The translations under genes and the position numbers were made by a program. Source: Eledone cirrhosa (taxonomy: Eukaryota). From it: a stretch of DNA of 64,000 bases. This document shows positions 41,032 to 53,592 of this stretch, piece after piece (position 1 is the stretch's first letter; every line of letters starts with the position of its first letter). The stretch spans positions 48,050,001 to 48,114,000 of the forward strand of contig OZ024741.1 in the NCBI GenBank assembly GCA_964016885.1, written 5' to 3'. The notes below the pieces were generated by a model, which was not told where the DNA came from, did not search any database, and worked only from the letters and a program-made list of their open reading frames with translations.

Positions 41032-43563
41032 GGAATTTCTGAAAGTGGGAATTTCTGAAAGCAAACCTGCTGTTGGCCACAGACGAAGTCTGTGGCTGGA
41101 GCAGGCCTGTAGGCAGGAGGAGAGTAACATGGTGGTGGAACAGTAAGGTGGAGGAGTCAATTAAGGCCAAAAAGCAGGCTTGGAAAGTATGGCGGGATGG
41201 GGGAAGTAGAGTAGACTATCAAGTGGCCAGGAGGGAAGCTAGGAGAGAAGTGTACTTAGCAAGAAGGGAAGCTGAGGAAAGAAAGTTCAAGCATGTCCTA
41301 CAACGCGATGACCAAAAACGTGAGGTGTTCAGGATTGCTAGGCAATGCGTCAAGGAAAACCGTGATATTGTCGGGGAGAAGTGTGTACTTAACGATGATG
41401 GCATACTTGCCATCACCGACACTGATAAGAAGGCAGCTTGGAAGTGTCACTATGAAAGGCTACTAAATGAGGAGAATAAATGGGAGAAAGACAGTCTCCC
41501 CCATGTCGACCCAATAGAGGGACCAGCAGTGTTAGTCGAGGGGAGTATAATAAGTAAGGCAATCAAGGATATGAAGACAGGTAAGGCGGCTGGGCCTTCG
41601 GAAATAGTTGCTGAGATGCTGAAGGCATCTGGCACGGTGGGACACACCATGGTCACCCGCATAGTTAACCAAGTCGTACAGAATGGGGCTGTTCCGAAGG
41701 ACTGGCATAGCAGCATCATCGTTAACTGTTATAAGGGTAAAGGAGACGCCCTAGATAGGAGTAACTATAGAGGCATTAAATTAATCGACCAGGTCATGAA
41801 GGTCACAGAAAAAGTAATAGCGCAACTAATCAGAGAGAGAATTGACCTAGATGAAATGCAGTTCGGGTTTGTGTCAGGCAAAAGTACCACAGACGCTCTT
41901 TTCATAGTACGACAACTACAGGAGAAGTACCTAGCTAAAGGTAAACCCCTCTACTTAGCTTTTGTCGACTTGGAGAAAGCCTTCGACAGAGTCCCCCGCT
42001 CCATTATCTGGTGGGCTCTTAGAAAACTAGGCGTTGACGAATGGCTTGTGAGGGCTATACAAGCCATGTATAAAGAAACAGTCAGCAAGGTTAGAATTAA
42101 CAACGAATATAGTGAAGAGTTTAGCGTAAAAGTTGGCGTCCATCAGGGCTCTGTTCTCAGCCCCCTACTATTTATTATTGCCCTTCAGGCTATAACAGAG
42201 GAGTTCAAGACAGGCTGCCCATGGGAACTCCTATACGCAGACGACCTGACACTCATAGCGGAATCAATGGCCGAGCTAGAGAAGAAATTCCAAACATGGA
42301 AGCACGGCCTAGAGTCAAAAGGACTTAAAATTAACCTGGCTAAGACCAAAGTTCTAGTTTGTAGGAAAGAAAACAAGGCGGCGGTCCCTTCTGGGAAATG
42401 GTCGTGCTCGGTGTGTAGGAAAGGCGTAGGTAGAAACTCCATTTTGTGTCCTAAATGCAAAGTATGGGTGCATAAAAGATGTAGTGGGATCACAGGTAAG
42501 CTAACTAAGAACATAGATTTTACATGTGGCCGGTGTTCTGGTGCAATAAGTAGCAGCAAGTGCCCACACAATACTAGCTCTTTCAATTGCGCAGAGGGTT
42601 CTATAGAAATAGTGGACAGCTTCCGTTACCTGGGCGATAAAATCAGCAGTGGGGGAGGGTGCTCTGAAAGTACTGTAGCTAGAGTCAGAACTGGTTGGAA
42701 AAAGTTCAGAGAGCTTATACCACTATTAGCTGCTAAAGGGTTCTCCCTAAAAATGAAAGGCAGGTTGTACGATGCCTGCATACGAACAGCAATGTTGCAT
42801 GGCAGTGAGACCTGGGCATTGTGTGCAGAGGATATACGCAGACTAGAGAGGAACGAAGCTTGCATGCTCCGCTGGATGTGTAACAGTAATATACGTGAAC
42901 GGCAAAGCATAAACGAACTAAGGAAAAAATTAGAGATAAGAGGGATCAGATGTTGTTTACTCGAGAGAAGGCTACGTTGGTATGGACACGTGATGCGCAT
43001 GAAAGTCGATAGCTGTATAACAAAGTGCAGGGCAATAAAGATAGACGGTAGCCACGGAATAGGCAGACCTAGAAAAACCTGGGACGAGCTGATAAACTCC
43101 GACCTCACACACTTACACCTCTCCAAGACAATGTCACTGGACCGAGACCTTTGGCGGTACTCAGTAACAGAGAAGACCCGCCTTGCCAGTAGGCATCTCT
43201 AACAAAATACACCCCGTCCCACCACCACCACCCCCACCCCATCCACACCACCCCGTCCTATGTAAAGTTATGTTGGTGCCGCGCCATCCGGGCCGAAACA
43301 AATGAGATCGTGTAGGTGTCACGACAAAAAAACACACAGTCCACGCTGTAATGTGGCCGTGTAGGCAACACGGTAAAAACCTCCCAGACCCACACTGTAA
43401 ATGTGGTTGGTGTTAGGAAGGGCATCCAACTGTAGAAAACCTGCCAGACAGTCCTATGCGAGCAAGACAATCACTCTTGCCTCAAGTGGGACTACCCCCG
43501 TCCAAACCCATGCAAGCGTGGAACACGGACGTTAAACGTTGATGATGATGATGATGATGATGA
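41032..43563 (+). mobile_element. RTE-A LINE, 5'-truncated, complete 3' UTR and (GAT)n tail
   Basis: Uninterrupted RT ORF; possible ATTTG target duplication; 16-nt duplication at the 5' junction. Confidence 0.92.
41073..43202 (+). CDS. RTE reverse transcriptase with inserted PHD-like finger, partial
   Basis: Same motifs as 4944..7061. Confidence 0.9.
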   Translation: MATDEVCGWSRPVGRRRVTWWWNSKVEESIKAKKQAWKVWRDGGSRVDYQVARREARREVYLARREAEERKFKHVLQRDDQKREVFRIARQCVKENRDIVGEKCVLNDDGILAITDTDKKAAWKCHYERLLNEENKWEKDSLPHVDPIEGPAVLVEGSIISKAIKDMKTGKAAGPSEIVAEMLKASGTVGHTMVTRIVNQVVQNGAVPKDWHSSIIVNCYKGKGDALDRSNYRGIKLIDQVMKVTEKVIAQLIRERIDLDEMQFGFVSGKSTTDALFIVRQLQEKYLAKGKPLYLAFVDLEKAFDRVPRSIIWWALRKLGVDEWLVRAIQAMYKETVSKVRINNEYSEEFSVKVGVHQGSVLSPLLFIIALQAITEEFKTGCPWELLYADDLTLIAESMAELEKKFQTWKHGLESKGLKINLAKTKVLVCRKENKAAVPSGKWSCSVCRKGVGRNSILCPKCKVWVHKRCSGITGKLTKNIDFTCGRCSGAISSSKCPHNTSSFNCAEGSIEIVDSFRYLGDKISSGGGCSESTVARVRTGWKKFRELIPLLAAKGFSLKMKGRLYDACIRTAMLHGSETWALCAEDIRRLERNEACMLRWMCNSNIRERQSINELRKKLEIRGIRCCLLERRLRWYGHVMRMKVDSCITKCRAIKIDGSHGIGRPRKTWDELINSDLTHLHLSKTMSLDRDLWRYSVTEKTRLASRHL

Positions 43564-44217
43564 TTTGAATATAAGGTGAGGAATATGTGATCCCTCCCAA
43601 AAATTATGATAAAATGAGGTGGGGTGGGAGTGGGGTTAGCTTATATTTATGCCATCTAAACATAATGTTGATTAGCCTCCTCAGCTTATAAACAGGGTTT
43701 GATTTTTGCCCATTTCTCAGATATAAAATAGGGAGGGAGTGGCTTATATTTGAGTATATATGGTAGTTTTGCTATATATTTTGTTATTAAATTATTTATA
43801 TTAAATAACAACTAGCCAAATAACATTTTACTCTATTTTACAATCATTTACTATGTAAAGCCTAATCAATGCATTGTATTTTAAATAGAATGGTTCTTTA
43901 TTTCTATGCACTGTTGTTTTATATCTTCTTCGCCCACTTATTCATGAGAAAGTTATGAGAGATGTGTCCTCAAACACTCCTTACAGCAGGTCATGTCAGA
44001 AGCAGCCATCTCCAGCAGATTTGGCTGGATCCCCAAGCGAGACCAGCCAGGCTCATGGATGTTATCCAACCATCCCAAGCAAGATGGTTTTATTTATATA
44101 AAGAAATACTTTCATTTACTCATTCTTATAACATGTAATAATGTTGGAATTGTCTCCAATCTGAAGCACTGGACAAAATTCTGTTAATGATCAATTTCCA
44201 TATTAATTTCAAATTAA

Positions 44218-44423
44218 CCCTTTAGCATTTAAATTAGCTGTATCTGACCAGAATTCTTTCCCCTTTTTGAAACCGGCCATAACTAGCAGCTACACCGACA
44301 TTAAGATATCAATCTTAAAATAAACGATATCATCAAAAATCTTGTAGACTCGAGATTATGTGAGATGAAACCTTTACCGTGAAAATACAATAGTAAATAT
44401 AGAGTAATGTAAATGCTGAAGGG
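44218..44423. mobile_element. piggyBac-type MITE
   Basis: TTAA-CCCTTTAGCATTTA ... TAAATGCTGAAGGG-TCAA; partial copy at about 46460-46563. Confidence 0.7.
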
Positions 44424-44720
44424 TCAAATATATTTGAACAAAAATATGAAATTTATTAAAATGAAATTACCTTATATATTCGAATATAAGTCCTCCCCCA
44501 CTATTTTATGTGTGAGAAATAGGCAAAAATCCAAACTGTTTATAAACTGAGACAGCTAATCAATACATTGTTTAGATAGCATATAAAGCCAACCTCCCAT
44601 TTTACCATCAATTTTTTTTTTATTTTTGGCTCACTTATTCCTCGGCTTCTATTCAAGTATATATATATATATATATATATAAGCAGCGATTCTTTGCTTA
44701 AACTTTAATCTGTTATTTTA

Positions 44721-44760
<40 letters not shown>

Positions 44761-46309
44761 CTTGAAATAAGTTTTATAGTACTTAATCTTTTGTGTAATA
44801 TCTTTTATTGGCTCGAGAAATGTTTACAATTTTACATATTTCCTCGTTTGCAATACATTTTTGTTAGCTAGAATGACAATGACATAATTATTTTAATTAT
44901 TTTAAGTTTAGCTTATATTTTGTTTACTATTTGGTTAACTTAAATCTTGCGGCCAGTGAAATTTTATATTTGAAAAATTGACTTTAGTGTAAGTGTCACA
45001 AGAAAAAGTGTCCAGTTCAAACTGTAAAGTGGTCATGTAGGTGCCACAACAAAAAGCGCCCAGCCCACACTGTAAAGTGTTCACATACTTGCTATGACAA
45101 AAAGCACCCTGCTCACACTGAAAAGGAATAAGTGGGTGAAGAAGAAGACCTTCAATATGCAGATGGCATAGTTCCCATGTGGAACAAATGAGATTAGAAC
45201 AATTCAGTACAGAAATCAAGTTTCTCTGACTAAGAATGAATATGATGGAAAACAAAGTCTGGGATAATGTTTCATAACTGATAGATGAAATTCCTTGATA
45301 TCATAGGTGAGAAAATATCCTTTTAAATAGTAAATGGTTCCACCTCTTTTGGACAGCTTATAACATAAAACAATCAAGGAAAGAAAAATCAAATCAAATC
45401 TTGAGCTAGCAAAAGCCTTCAAGAGGATGTGTGTCATTTTTAAAAGCAAAATAACCTAAGACTTAAAAGATAAATTTACAACTAATACAATGTTATCACA
45501 ACAGTTTCTTAGCATGCAATAACATTGAACCTGACAAAAAGACCATTAAACTATTGAAATGGATCTGAAAATAAAAACAAAGCTAAATGATATTCCTAAG
45601 TTCATAAAATCCTTATAATGTAGTTGTGCTGGAATTGTCTAGGGGATAGGGAAGAAACAACAGTTGAATAACAAAAAAAAAAAAAAATAATAATAATAAT
45701 AAACCGACTGAGTGGATTCTAAAAGATAGCAAAAAATACAAAGGATGGCCAAGAACAACAAGGTGGATAGGTGAATTAAATACCTTTTACAAAAATTAGA
45801 GATTGAAAGGTCTTTATTGAACAGTAAGAGAGTTGTGACTCATGTGATTAGCAACACTATTAACTGCTGCTTTTATTAATTACAAAGACTTTATCACTTT
45901 TACATACTAAAGAATAGGATTGAAATTTTTGAAATAATCTAAATTCATATGAAAAGTTGTATCACAAATAGAATTGAACACAGATTAGCATACAGATGGT
46001 GTGTGTGTAATATTCTAGTTCAGTGAAACCTATTTTAATGATACTGAACTCAATTGGGTTGAGCAGCTGTGTCAATCTTTAAGCAACAGATGTCATATCT
46101 TACTTTCAAAACCACATACATACATAATAAGAATAGCATTTCTATTGCTCCCATTTCAGTTTCCTGAAGCTCCCTTTAAACTATGTACTTACTGCACTCC
46201 ATTATTTACACATCTGTGTGTGTTTGTCTGTTTGTGTGTATGTATTTGTCTGTTTGTGAGTGTTTGTGTTTGTCTGTGTATGTGTGTTAGCTATTAGAAA
46301 ATAATAACT

Positions 46310-46820
46310 AGATAAGAATATAGGAAGAGAGATATTTACTCATCAAGACCCATCTGAATGGCAGCTCATTTGTGTAAAATATTGACAATTTCTCAAGTGA
46401 TATTGTAAAGAGAGAGATATTTAGCCATCAAGGCCCATCTGAATGACAGCTCAATAAATAATATCAAAATCTCATAGATTCTGTGAGATAATTATGTGAA
46501 ATAAAACCTTTAGCATGAAAATACAATAGTATATATAGAGTTATGTAAATGCTAAAGGGTTAAGGCATCAAGGCCCATCTGGATGGCAGCTGATTTATGT
46601 GTAAAAACTTTGACAACTTCTGATGTGATATTGTAAAGAGAGATATTTAGCCATCAAGGCCCACCTGGATAGCAGCTCATTTACGTATTTATGTGTAAAA
46701 AATTGACAATTTCTGAAGTGATATTGTGAAGAGATATATTTTAGCCATAAAGGCCCATCTGGATGGCAGCTCATTTGTGTGTAAAAAAAATTGACAATTT
46801 CGCAAGTGATATTGTTTTAA
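46310..46820. repeat. About 80-bp minisatellite containing a MITE fragment
   Basis: GAGATATTTAGCCATCAAGGCCCATCTG.ATGGCAGCTCATTT repeated about 5 times. Confidence 0.8.
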
Positions 46821-46959
46821 TCTCATCCTTTGATTAATTATCACTTGCACATGTTGCAGAGTGTTGCACCCACATATTTATAAAGCAGGAAACATTAACA
46901 AAAAATTAAGCATCTCAGCATATTTTATGACATATTACTTATTAAAAAATACACACATA

Positions 46960-47160
46960 CAAAATTACTACTACTATTGCTACTCTACTACTATTGCTAC
47001 TCTACTACTGTGGCTGCTGCTGCTACTACTACTACTACCACTACTATTACTATTATTACTACTAGCACCACCACTACTAGCACCACCACCACTACTACTA
47101 TTATTACTACCCACATTGCAACTGCTACTACTACTACTGCTACCGCTATTACTACTAAAC
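46960..47160. repeat. (CTA)n-type trinucleotide repeat
   Basis: Direct reading. Confidence 0.85.
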
Positions 47161-47544
47161 AAAAACAAAGCATTTTCATGGATTGTGTGAGGTAATCAGG
47201 ATTACCAACTGAAACTTGGTTAGTGTATTGAAAACAATTATGTTTTTATATAATGAAACAAACAAGAGCAGCAGCAGCACACACACACACACGTCTTTAC
47301 ACATGTTTAGATAGACATTTTTATCTGTGAATTTATGTACTAACATCATCATCATCGTTTAATGTCCATTTTCCATGCTAGCATGGGTTAAACAGGTTGT
47401 CCTGTTGTGAGACAAGCCAGGTCCGATAACTATGACATGCTTGTATGGGACTGGTTTTGGCTTGGTTTCTACAGCTGGATGCCCTTCCTAACACAAACCA
47501 CATTTACAGTGTTTACTAGGCGTTTTTTGTCATGTCACCTATAT

Positions 47545-48060
47545 GATCACTTCCTTTTAAGGGGATACATGTATAGATGGTACTTTGTTATCCTCATAAC
47601 ATGATCACATCCTTTTCAGTGGTCAGATGTATTGACAGCATCTTGTAATCCTCATAATATGATCATATCCTTTTAACCCTTTAGTTACCAATCTGGCCCA
47701 AACCAGCTCTGGTTCTATGAAATAAAACCATTCGTTTTAAATGTTTCTAATTTAAATAAAAATCTTCCAACATAATTTTATATAAGAACCTTACATCTTA
47801 CAAGTTACTGTCTTAGTAATGAAATAATTAATAATTAGAAATGTGGTTATGCAAGGGTTAAGGGGACAGATGTATTGACAGCATCTTGTAATCTGCATAA
47901 TGATTACACACTTTTAAGGGGACATGTGTAGACTCCATCTTGTAATCTGCATAATATGATCACACCCTTTTAAGGGGACACATATAGAGGGCACCTTGTA
48001 ATCTACATAATATGATCACACCCTTTTAAGGGGACATATGTATAGAGGTCACTTTGCTAT
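47545..48060. repeat. About 58-bp minisatellite
   Basis: CCTTTTAAGGGGACA..CATCTTGTAATC..CATAATATGATCAC repeated. Confidence 0.8.
47677..47857. mobile_element. piggyBac-type MITE inserted at a TTAA in the minisatellite
   Basis: TTAA-CCCTT...AAGGG-TTAA; empty units read CCTTTTAAGGGG. Confidence 0.75.
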
Positions 48061-49139
48061 CAACTTTCTTTGAAATCTCCATGTGTTGGAAGCATACTTT
48101 TTATGACTTTGACTAAAAGATGGGATCTACCTGAACATAGGGACAGATAGAGCACTGACATTGATTATGTGTGAGAATCTTACAGATTTATTTGATAATG
48201 ATGTAATCACCACAGTTGATCCCTCAAACTTTGAGCAGACTATTAGCATATCAATGACAAATGTGATGTATCTGGATACAAATAACCCACCTCTCATTAT
48301 CATTGGCTATTACTAAGTGTTAGAACAACACAGTTTAGGGTTCACTAACTGCAATAATTTGTGTCTTTGATTTTTTTTTATTGATTTATTTTTTTTTACA
48401 ATTTGCAGTCATGTTTATTTAATTTTACAAACAGAAGTTATATAACGAATGAAATATAAAAAAAAAGAGGAAAACCAAACAAAATTAAGTAATGAAAAAA
48501 CCAGGGGGAAAGGTTAAAAAAGGGCAGATTTGGCTGTATAGGAAAGTAGAGGAAAGAACTATAAATGCCATAAATGTGAAGAAAAGTAGGGAAAGAGTAA
48601 GGACATATTTCAGAATGCAGCATCACCTTACAACATACTTTTGATAGATTCCCCTAAACTCATGTCAATATCAAGATACTAATGCACAACTCCTGTGTCA
48701 TCAACAATGTGTGTGTATGTATGTTGTGTTATGTATCTTATGTATGTATGTATGTGTGTATGTATGTTATGTATCTTGTGTGTGCGTATGTATGTATGTT
48801 ATGTATGTATCTTGTGTATGTATGTATGCCTTATTGCATGACGATGAGATATGGACAACATATGCTAATCAAAAGATGGAATTGAACAGCATTTATATAG
48901 ATCACACAGATCTATCTTTAATATCAGGCCTGCATGATTAAGAATGACTTGGTACTAAACAACAACCATAGTTATATTTAGCTGTAGAGAAGATATTAAT
49001 GAGATTCAATAAGTTTTATAACCTCAGACTATTACGTCAATACTTATTTAACTGAGATTCATAGTTGTGTATGTGTTCTCTCTAATGTAGTGTTGGTAAA
49101 TTTCCAGTGATCTAAACCTACAACTGTGTTTTGATTTGT

Positions 49140-49630
49140 AGCCATGATTTTAGAATCACTGCTATTCTCGGAGTTGAGAGATTACAACTCTGATACTAAA
49201 AGCATGTGGTTAGAATGTCTCAGGAAAGAATCGCTGGACAGATTTTACAGGGTAAAACCAACCGGCAGAAGACCCAGAGTAGACCTTGAGCAAGATGGCT
49301 GGATAACACCCATGAGCTTGGCTGGTCTTGCTTGGGGATCTGAGATCAGAAAGACGTTCCAGGTAGAGCTGCTGCTTTTCCAAATTGAGAGAACACAGCT
49401 CTGATACTATGGACATGTGGTTAGAATGTCTCGGGGGAAAAGAAAATCACTGGACAGATTTTACGAGTAAAACCAAAAGGTAGAAGACCCAGTGGTAGAC
49501 CCCGAGCAAGATGGTTGGATAACATCCATGAGTCTTGGCTGGTCTCGTTTGGAGATGTAGCTGGATCAGTTTGAGACTGTTGCTTCTGGAAGGAGTGTTT
49601 GAGTACTCTACTCCCATGACTCAGGAATAA
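49140..49630 (+). mobile_element. Old RTE-like 3' fragment, tandemly duplicated
   Basis: GRRPSGRPRARWLDNI-like translation in two units about 240 bp apart; reverse fragment at about 43955-44085. Confidence 0.55.
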
Positions 49631-50981
49631 GTGAGCGAAGAAGATATTTAGGTTTAAATTCATATATAGTTTATTTGAAAATGGTATACATTCATGTTTT
49701 GCTATACCAATGGTATCTTCCTCCATATCATACTAATTCCTCTGGGTCAATATAAATGGAGTAACTTCTTGTTTGGAAAGAAAATGACGTTTGATGACAC
49801 CATACTTCCAATATCTGTTGTTGTCACTGTTTGATTCAGTTACCGTTATTTAACCCCAGGTGAGTCTAGGCTGAGGAAACTTATGATCAAAGATATTCAA
49901 TCTGGGACCATCCTATATTTTCACACATACTTTAAATCTCAGACTATGCTAATTATGTCCTTCTTTGTTTAAAGGTGGTATAGTGTGATTTGAAAGATAT
50001 TTGGCTGCCTTTTCTAGCAGATTGATTTTTTTTTCATGCTGGTATAATCTAGAGAAATCTGAAATATATACCGTCAACATTCGCAGATCATTACTGGCTG
50101 CTAATTCATTCCAAATCTTCTTTCAACTACTTGAGGATAAAATTAGTGTTTCACCAAAATAAATCTCTCTCTCTCTGTGTGCATGCACATACATTTTGAA
50201 TGATAATCTCTTATTTAGTGACTACAAACATTTGTTGATGTTATTACGCCTATACCTGTTGTTGTTTTTATCTTCAGTATATTGTGAGTGCATTTTCACT
50301 GCTACGAAATAAAACTGCAAGTTAGCACAGGCTGGAGACTTTTCAGCATATACCTTGGCATTTTAATTCAATAAACTGCCCTTAACAGACATAATAATTT
50401 ATTAAGTGTGACATGTAATACTATCCTCAATTTGTAACCAATGGCTGACAGCTCTTGACAATAAAAGGACATTCATCAGTGATAACTTAACAACTTAGTA
50501 GCTTTTCTGCTTGAGAAAGTCTTGTCAGATTCTAATTGACCATTAATACATAGTTTGCATCAAAATATACTCTTTGTGGAGATTATTTTCTCTTTTCCTG
50601 TGTAAATTGTAATTGGTCCACCTTTAAACATGGGCCTTGGATTCCTTGACCCCATAATTTGGCTATTTAACCCTAAACAAATTACAAGGGTGTGTTGAAG
50701 ATTCAGCATTTTTTCAACTAAATTGTAGAGCAGCAGCTGAATAAACAAGCTCTTTGAATGACCTCCTTTGAAAAAGACAGAGCCAGTTAGTAACTATATT
50801 CTAAAATAGCACAGTATTTAGATTTTGCTTGTGAATCTACAATGAATTTCCTTTATATATACATATACATCCGACTGAATACGCACGTGTATATTTTTTT
50901 CTCCCCAAATTTTTTCTCATTTTCCACTGTTCCTTCCTCTCATCACTCTTTACTTTCTATTTATCTTCTATTTCTAACCCT

Positions 50982-51019
50982 GTCTTTTGATGAAGGACTA
51001 GTGTCTGAAACGTTAAGAC
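50982..51019 (+). ncRNA. Ultra-minimal hammerhead-like motif, family I (C3U)
   Basis: GTCTT-TTGATGA-A-GGAC-TAGT-GTCT-GAAACGTT-AAGAC. Confidence 0.6.
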
Positions 51020-51888
51020 TCTCTTCCTGCTATTTCAAGTGTTGAATTAATATATTTCTTCCATGTACTGTGCTGTTTGTTTTGTTATTTTTGTTATTAA
51101 TTTTACACACACACACATATATATATATATATAAGAAAATGAGGGTTTTCTTTTAATGAAAAAAAAACAAAAAAACAAGATGTCCTACACGAGTGAAAGT
51201 ATAAGAAAAAAAGATGAAATCGAAAATGCAACTGGAGTCTTTTTAAGAATATTTATTTGTTTCCTTTACCAGTTTCACAGTTCTTATGCTTTTCACAAGT
51301 AGAGTTGAGATTGAGGGATTGTGGTTTTTCTTGAATCTAGTTGGTGTTCGAATGTTACTTCTGTTTTATGTGGAAAAAAGTGGCTCGAAATGCTGTTTTT
51401 TTTTAGAATTGGCTTGGTTGATGACTGTCACAGGAATAATAAGTATAATAAATTTCGCAGCAGTTCATGTTACACAGGTCTTATTGTATTTGCCTTTAAT
51501 ATATATATATATATGTGTGTGTGTGTCTTATGTTATGCTGTTTAGCAATGGGTAGAACTGGTGGTTCGAATTGGTGAACGTTGATGTAACAAATTAAAGC
51601 ATTCAATGTTATACAAATCATCCATCGTAGATATGGTATCCAGTGGTTGGTGTAGAATATATAAATATTATATTATTTATGTTCATACACAGAACAAAGT
51701 GTTACCCAAGGTTTCACAGCCCAATATTGACTACACCTCCAAAATACAAGAGGTATCAAAATTCGGTAGCCCTTTTGTTTCCGTGTATGAGCATAAACAG
51801 ATATAATATTTTTGCTCTCTTCCCAATTGAGCACTGTTTTCCTTTTTCACACCTATGAATATTGCTACACACACACACACACACGTGT

Positions 51889-51928
<40 letters not shown>

Positions 51929-51990
51929 GTAGATTATATGTAAATTAATTAATGTATCAATGTATTGAACTTCGGTTATATGTATGTATG

Positions 51991-52051
<61 letters not shown>

Positions 52052-52086
52052 TACATGAATCAAAGTTCTGTTCAAATCATTTATTA

Positions 52087-52131
52087 GCTTACAATTGTTT
52101 CTTCCAAACCGAGGTTTGGAGTCTTCGGAGC
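52087..52131 (-). ncRNA. Hammerhead family G (CCGAAGA core)
   Basis: Reverse strand: GCT-CCGAAGA-C-TCCAAACC-TC-GGTTTGGA-A-GAAAC-AATT-GTA-AGC. Confidence 0.7.
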
Positions 52132-53592
52132 AATTTATCAATGATTGTTTACATACATGACCTCCTTTCCAACACAAGAGACATACAGAAACACATGTAT
52201 ATATCGATGCACAGTGGGTTGACATCCATTATAATATTTTAGCATGGCAATTTACATTCAAAGATTAAAGTCATATTAAAAGAAAATTAAAACAAAATTA
52301 AAGTTAAAATACAACATTGGCAGTTTACGAAGATAATGCAAGAGGATAGTTTGAAGTAGTTAGTGTATGCAATAGTTACACGTGGGGCATGCACGTACGT
52401 CTTATTTATATAAGTTTATAGTGCAGCAAGGTGTTATATGGAATACAAGCACTTTAAGCGGGCAATCAAGAGTATTATGGGGGTTGTATTGGTAAAGAAT
52501 TTTTTATGTATGATATAGAAGCTTGTGTGCAGAGAAATATTAAAAGTGAGAAGCAAAATAATGTTATGGTTTTCGTATACACCACCATTTTCACAATCCA
52601 GGAAACGTAATATATAGATTATATGTCCTTCACATAATCAACGATGATTCAATATTGGATGCTTGATGAATTAGGTTAGATTATTACAGCTTGTTGTTCT
52701 TTAATCCAATTTTATAGAGCAGGTTGTTTTTGTTGCGAGAATTAACATCGTTTTATTTCCCAGAAGTGTGTGTGTGATTAAGGGGAGTTAATGCGTGAGG
52801 GGAGGTAACTAGCTGATTTCTATAACTAAATTTATTATCCCAATGTACATTAAATGGTGTCCCAATTGAGTCCCTATCATATAAGGTTATAAACAGTATC
52901 TAAATTTAAGTATCCTATCCTTAAATTACAGTCTAGTCTATCAAGAAGTACTAAAGGTGTTCATATTAGGATGACTACCCTCTATCATAGAGTGCCACAA
53001 CTGAATATTCCACATGAAGAGTCAGATCTCCAACTCAATGATCTTTGTAAGTGTAGTCTACCCGCAGAACCTGGCAGGGTTTTATTAGAATCACTTCTAT
53101 ATATAACCCCTGGTAAGCTCTGGGTTAGTGCATGTCTGATTGCATGGCAAAGTTAAATATCACTAGGGTAGACCAGAGATCAATTCCCACTTACAATGTC
53201 ACTAATCTGACCACCAAGACATACATGTATGTATAACTCATATATCCCTTGTACATAATTCCTTGCACTCAGCATATAGGTTATATAGCTCTTTTATGTT
53301 AATAAATTAATCTTCCATTTATCCAATGATGGCACTCTATACACAGAACAACATTAGCACAAACAATTCAGTGTTTAAAGTTTACATTTAATTATATAGT
53401 GGTGTAATGTAGTCTAAGTAATTGAAGGCAATTATACCAAAAGTAGATGGGGATATCTCTAGGGTAAAAGGTTCTAGAAGGATGTCCCTATTTGTGTTAA
53501 GATAGGGTGGATCATTGATTGTGGAGATGTGGTGTAAGGTGTGCCTTTGAGGTGTGTTGTTAGAGGTGGTAACGGGTTCAAGTCTGACATTG

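Larger units (their letters stand above)
41019..43763. mobile_element. TA-flanked Tc1/mariner-pogo-type MITE whose left TIR is split by an RTE insertion
   Basis: TA-CCGTATATATTTG|..RTE..|AATATAAG ... CTTATATTTGAGTATATATGG-TA; second copy inverted at about 44467-44660. Confidence 0.6.

Noticed and set aside
45150-45800. Possible very old LINE RT remnant
   Set aside because: Only vague resemblance, with no intact motif to cite
43676-50420. Isolated CTGANGA heptamers (about 43680, 49871, 50272, 50413)
   Set aside because: No stem II, GAAA or stem I partner; expected by chance
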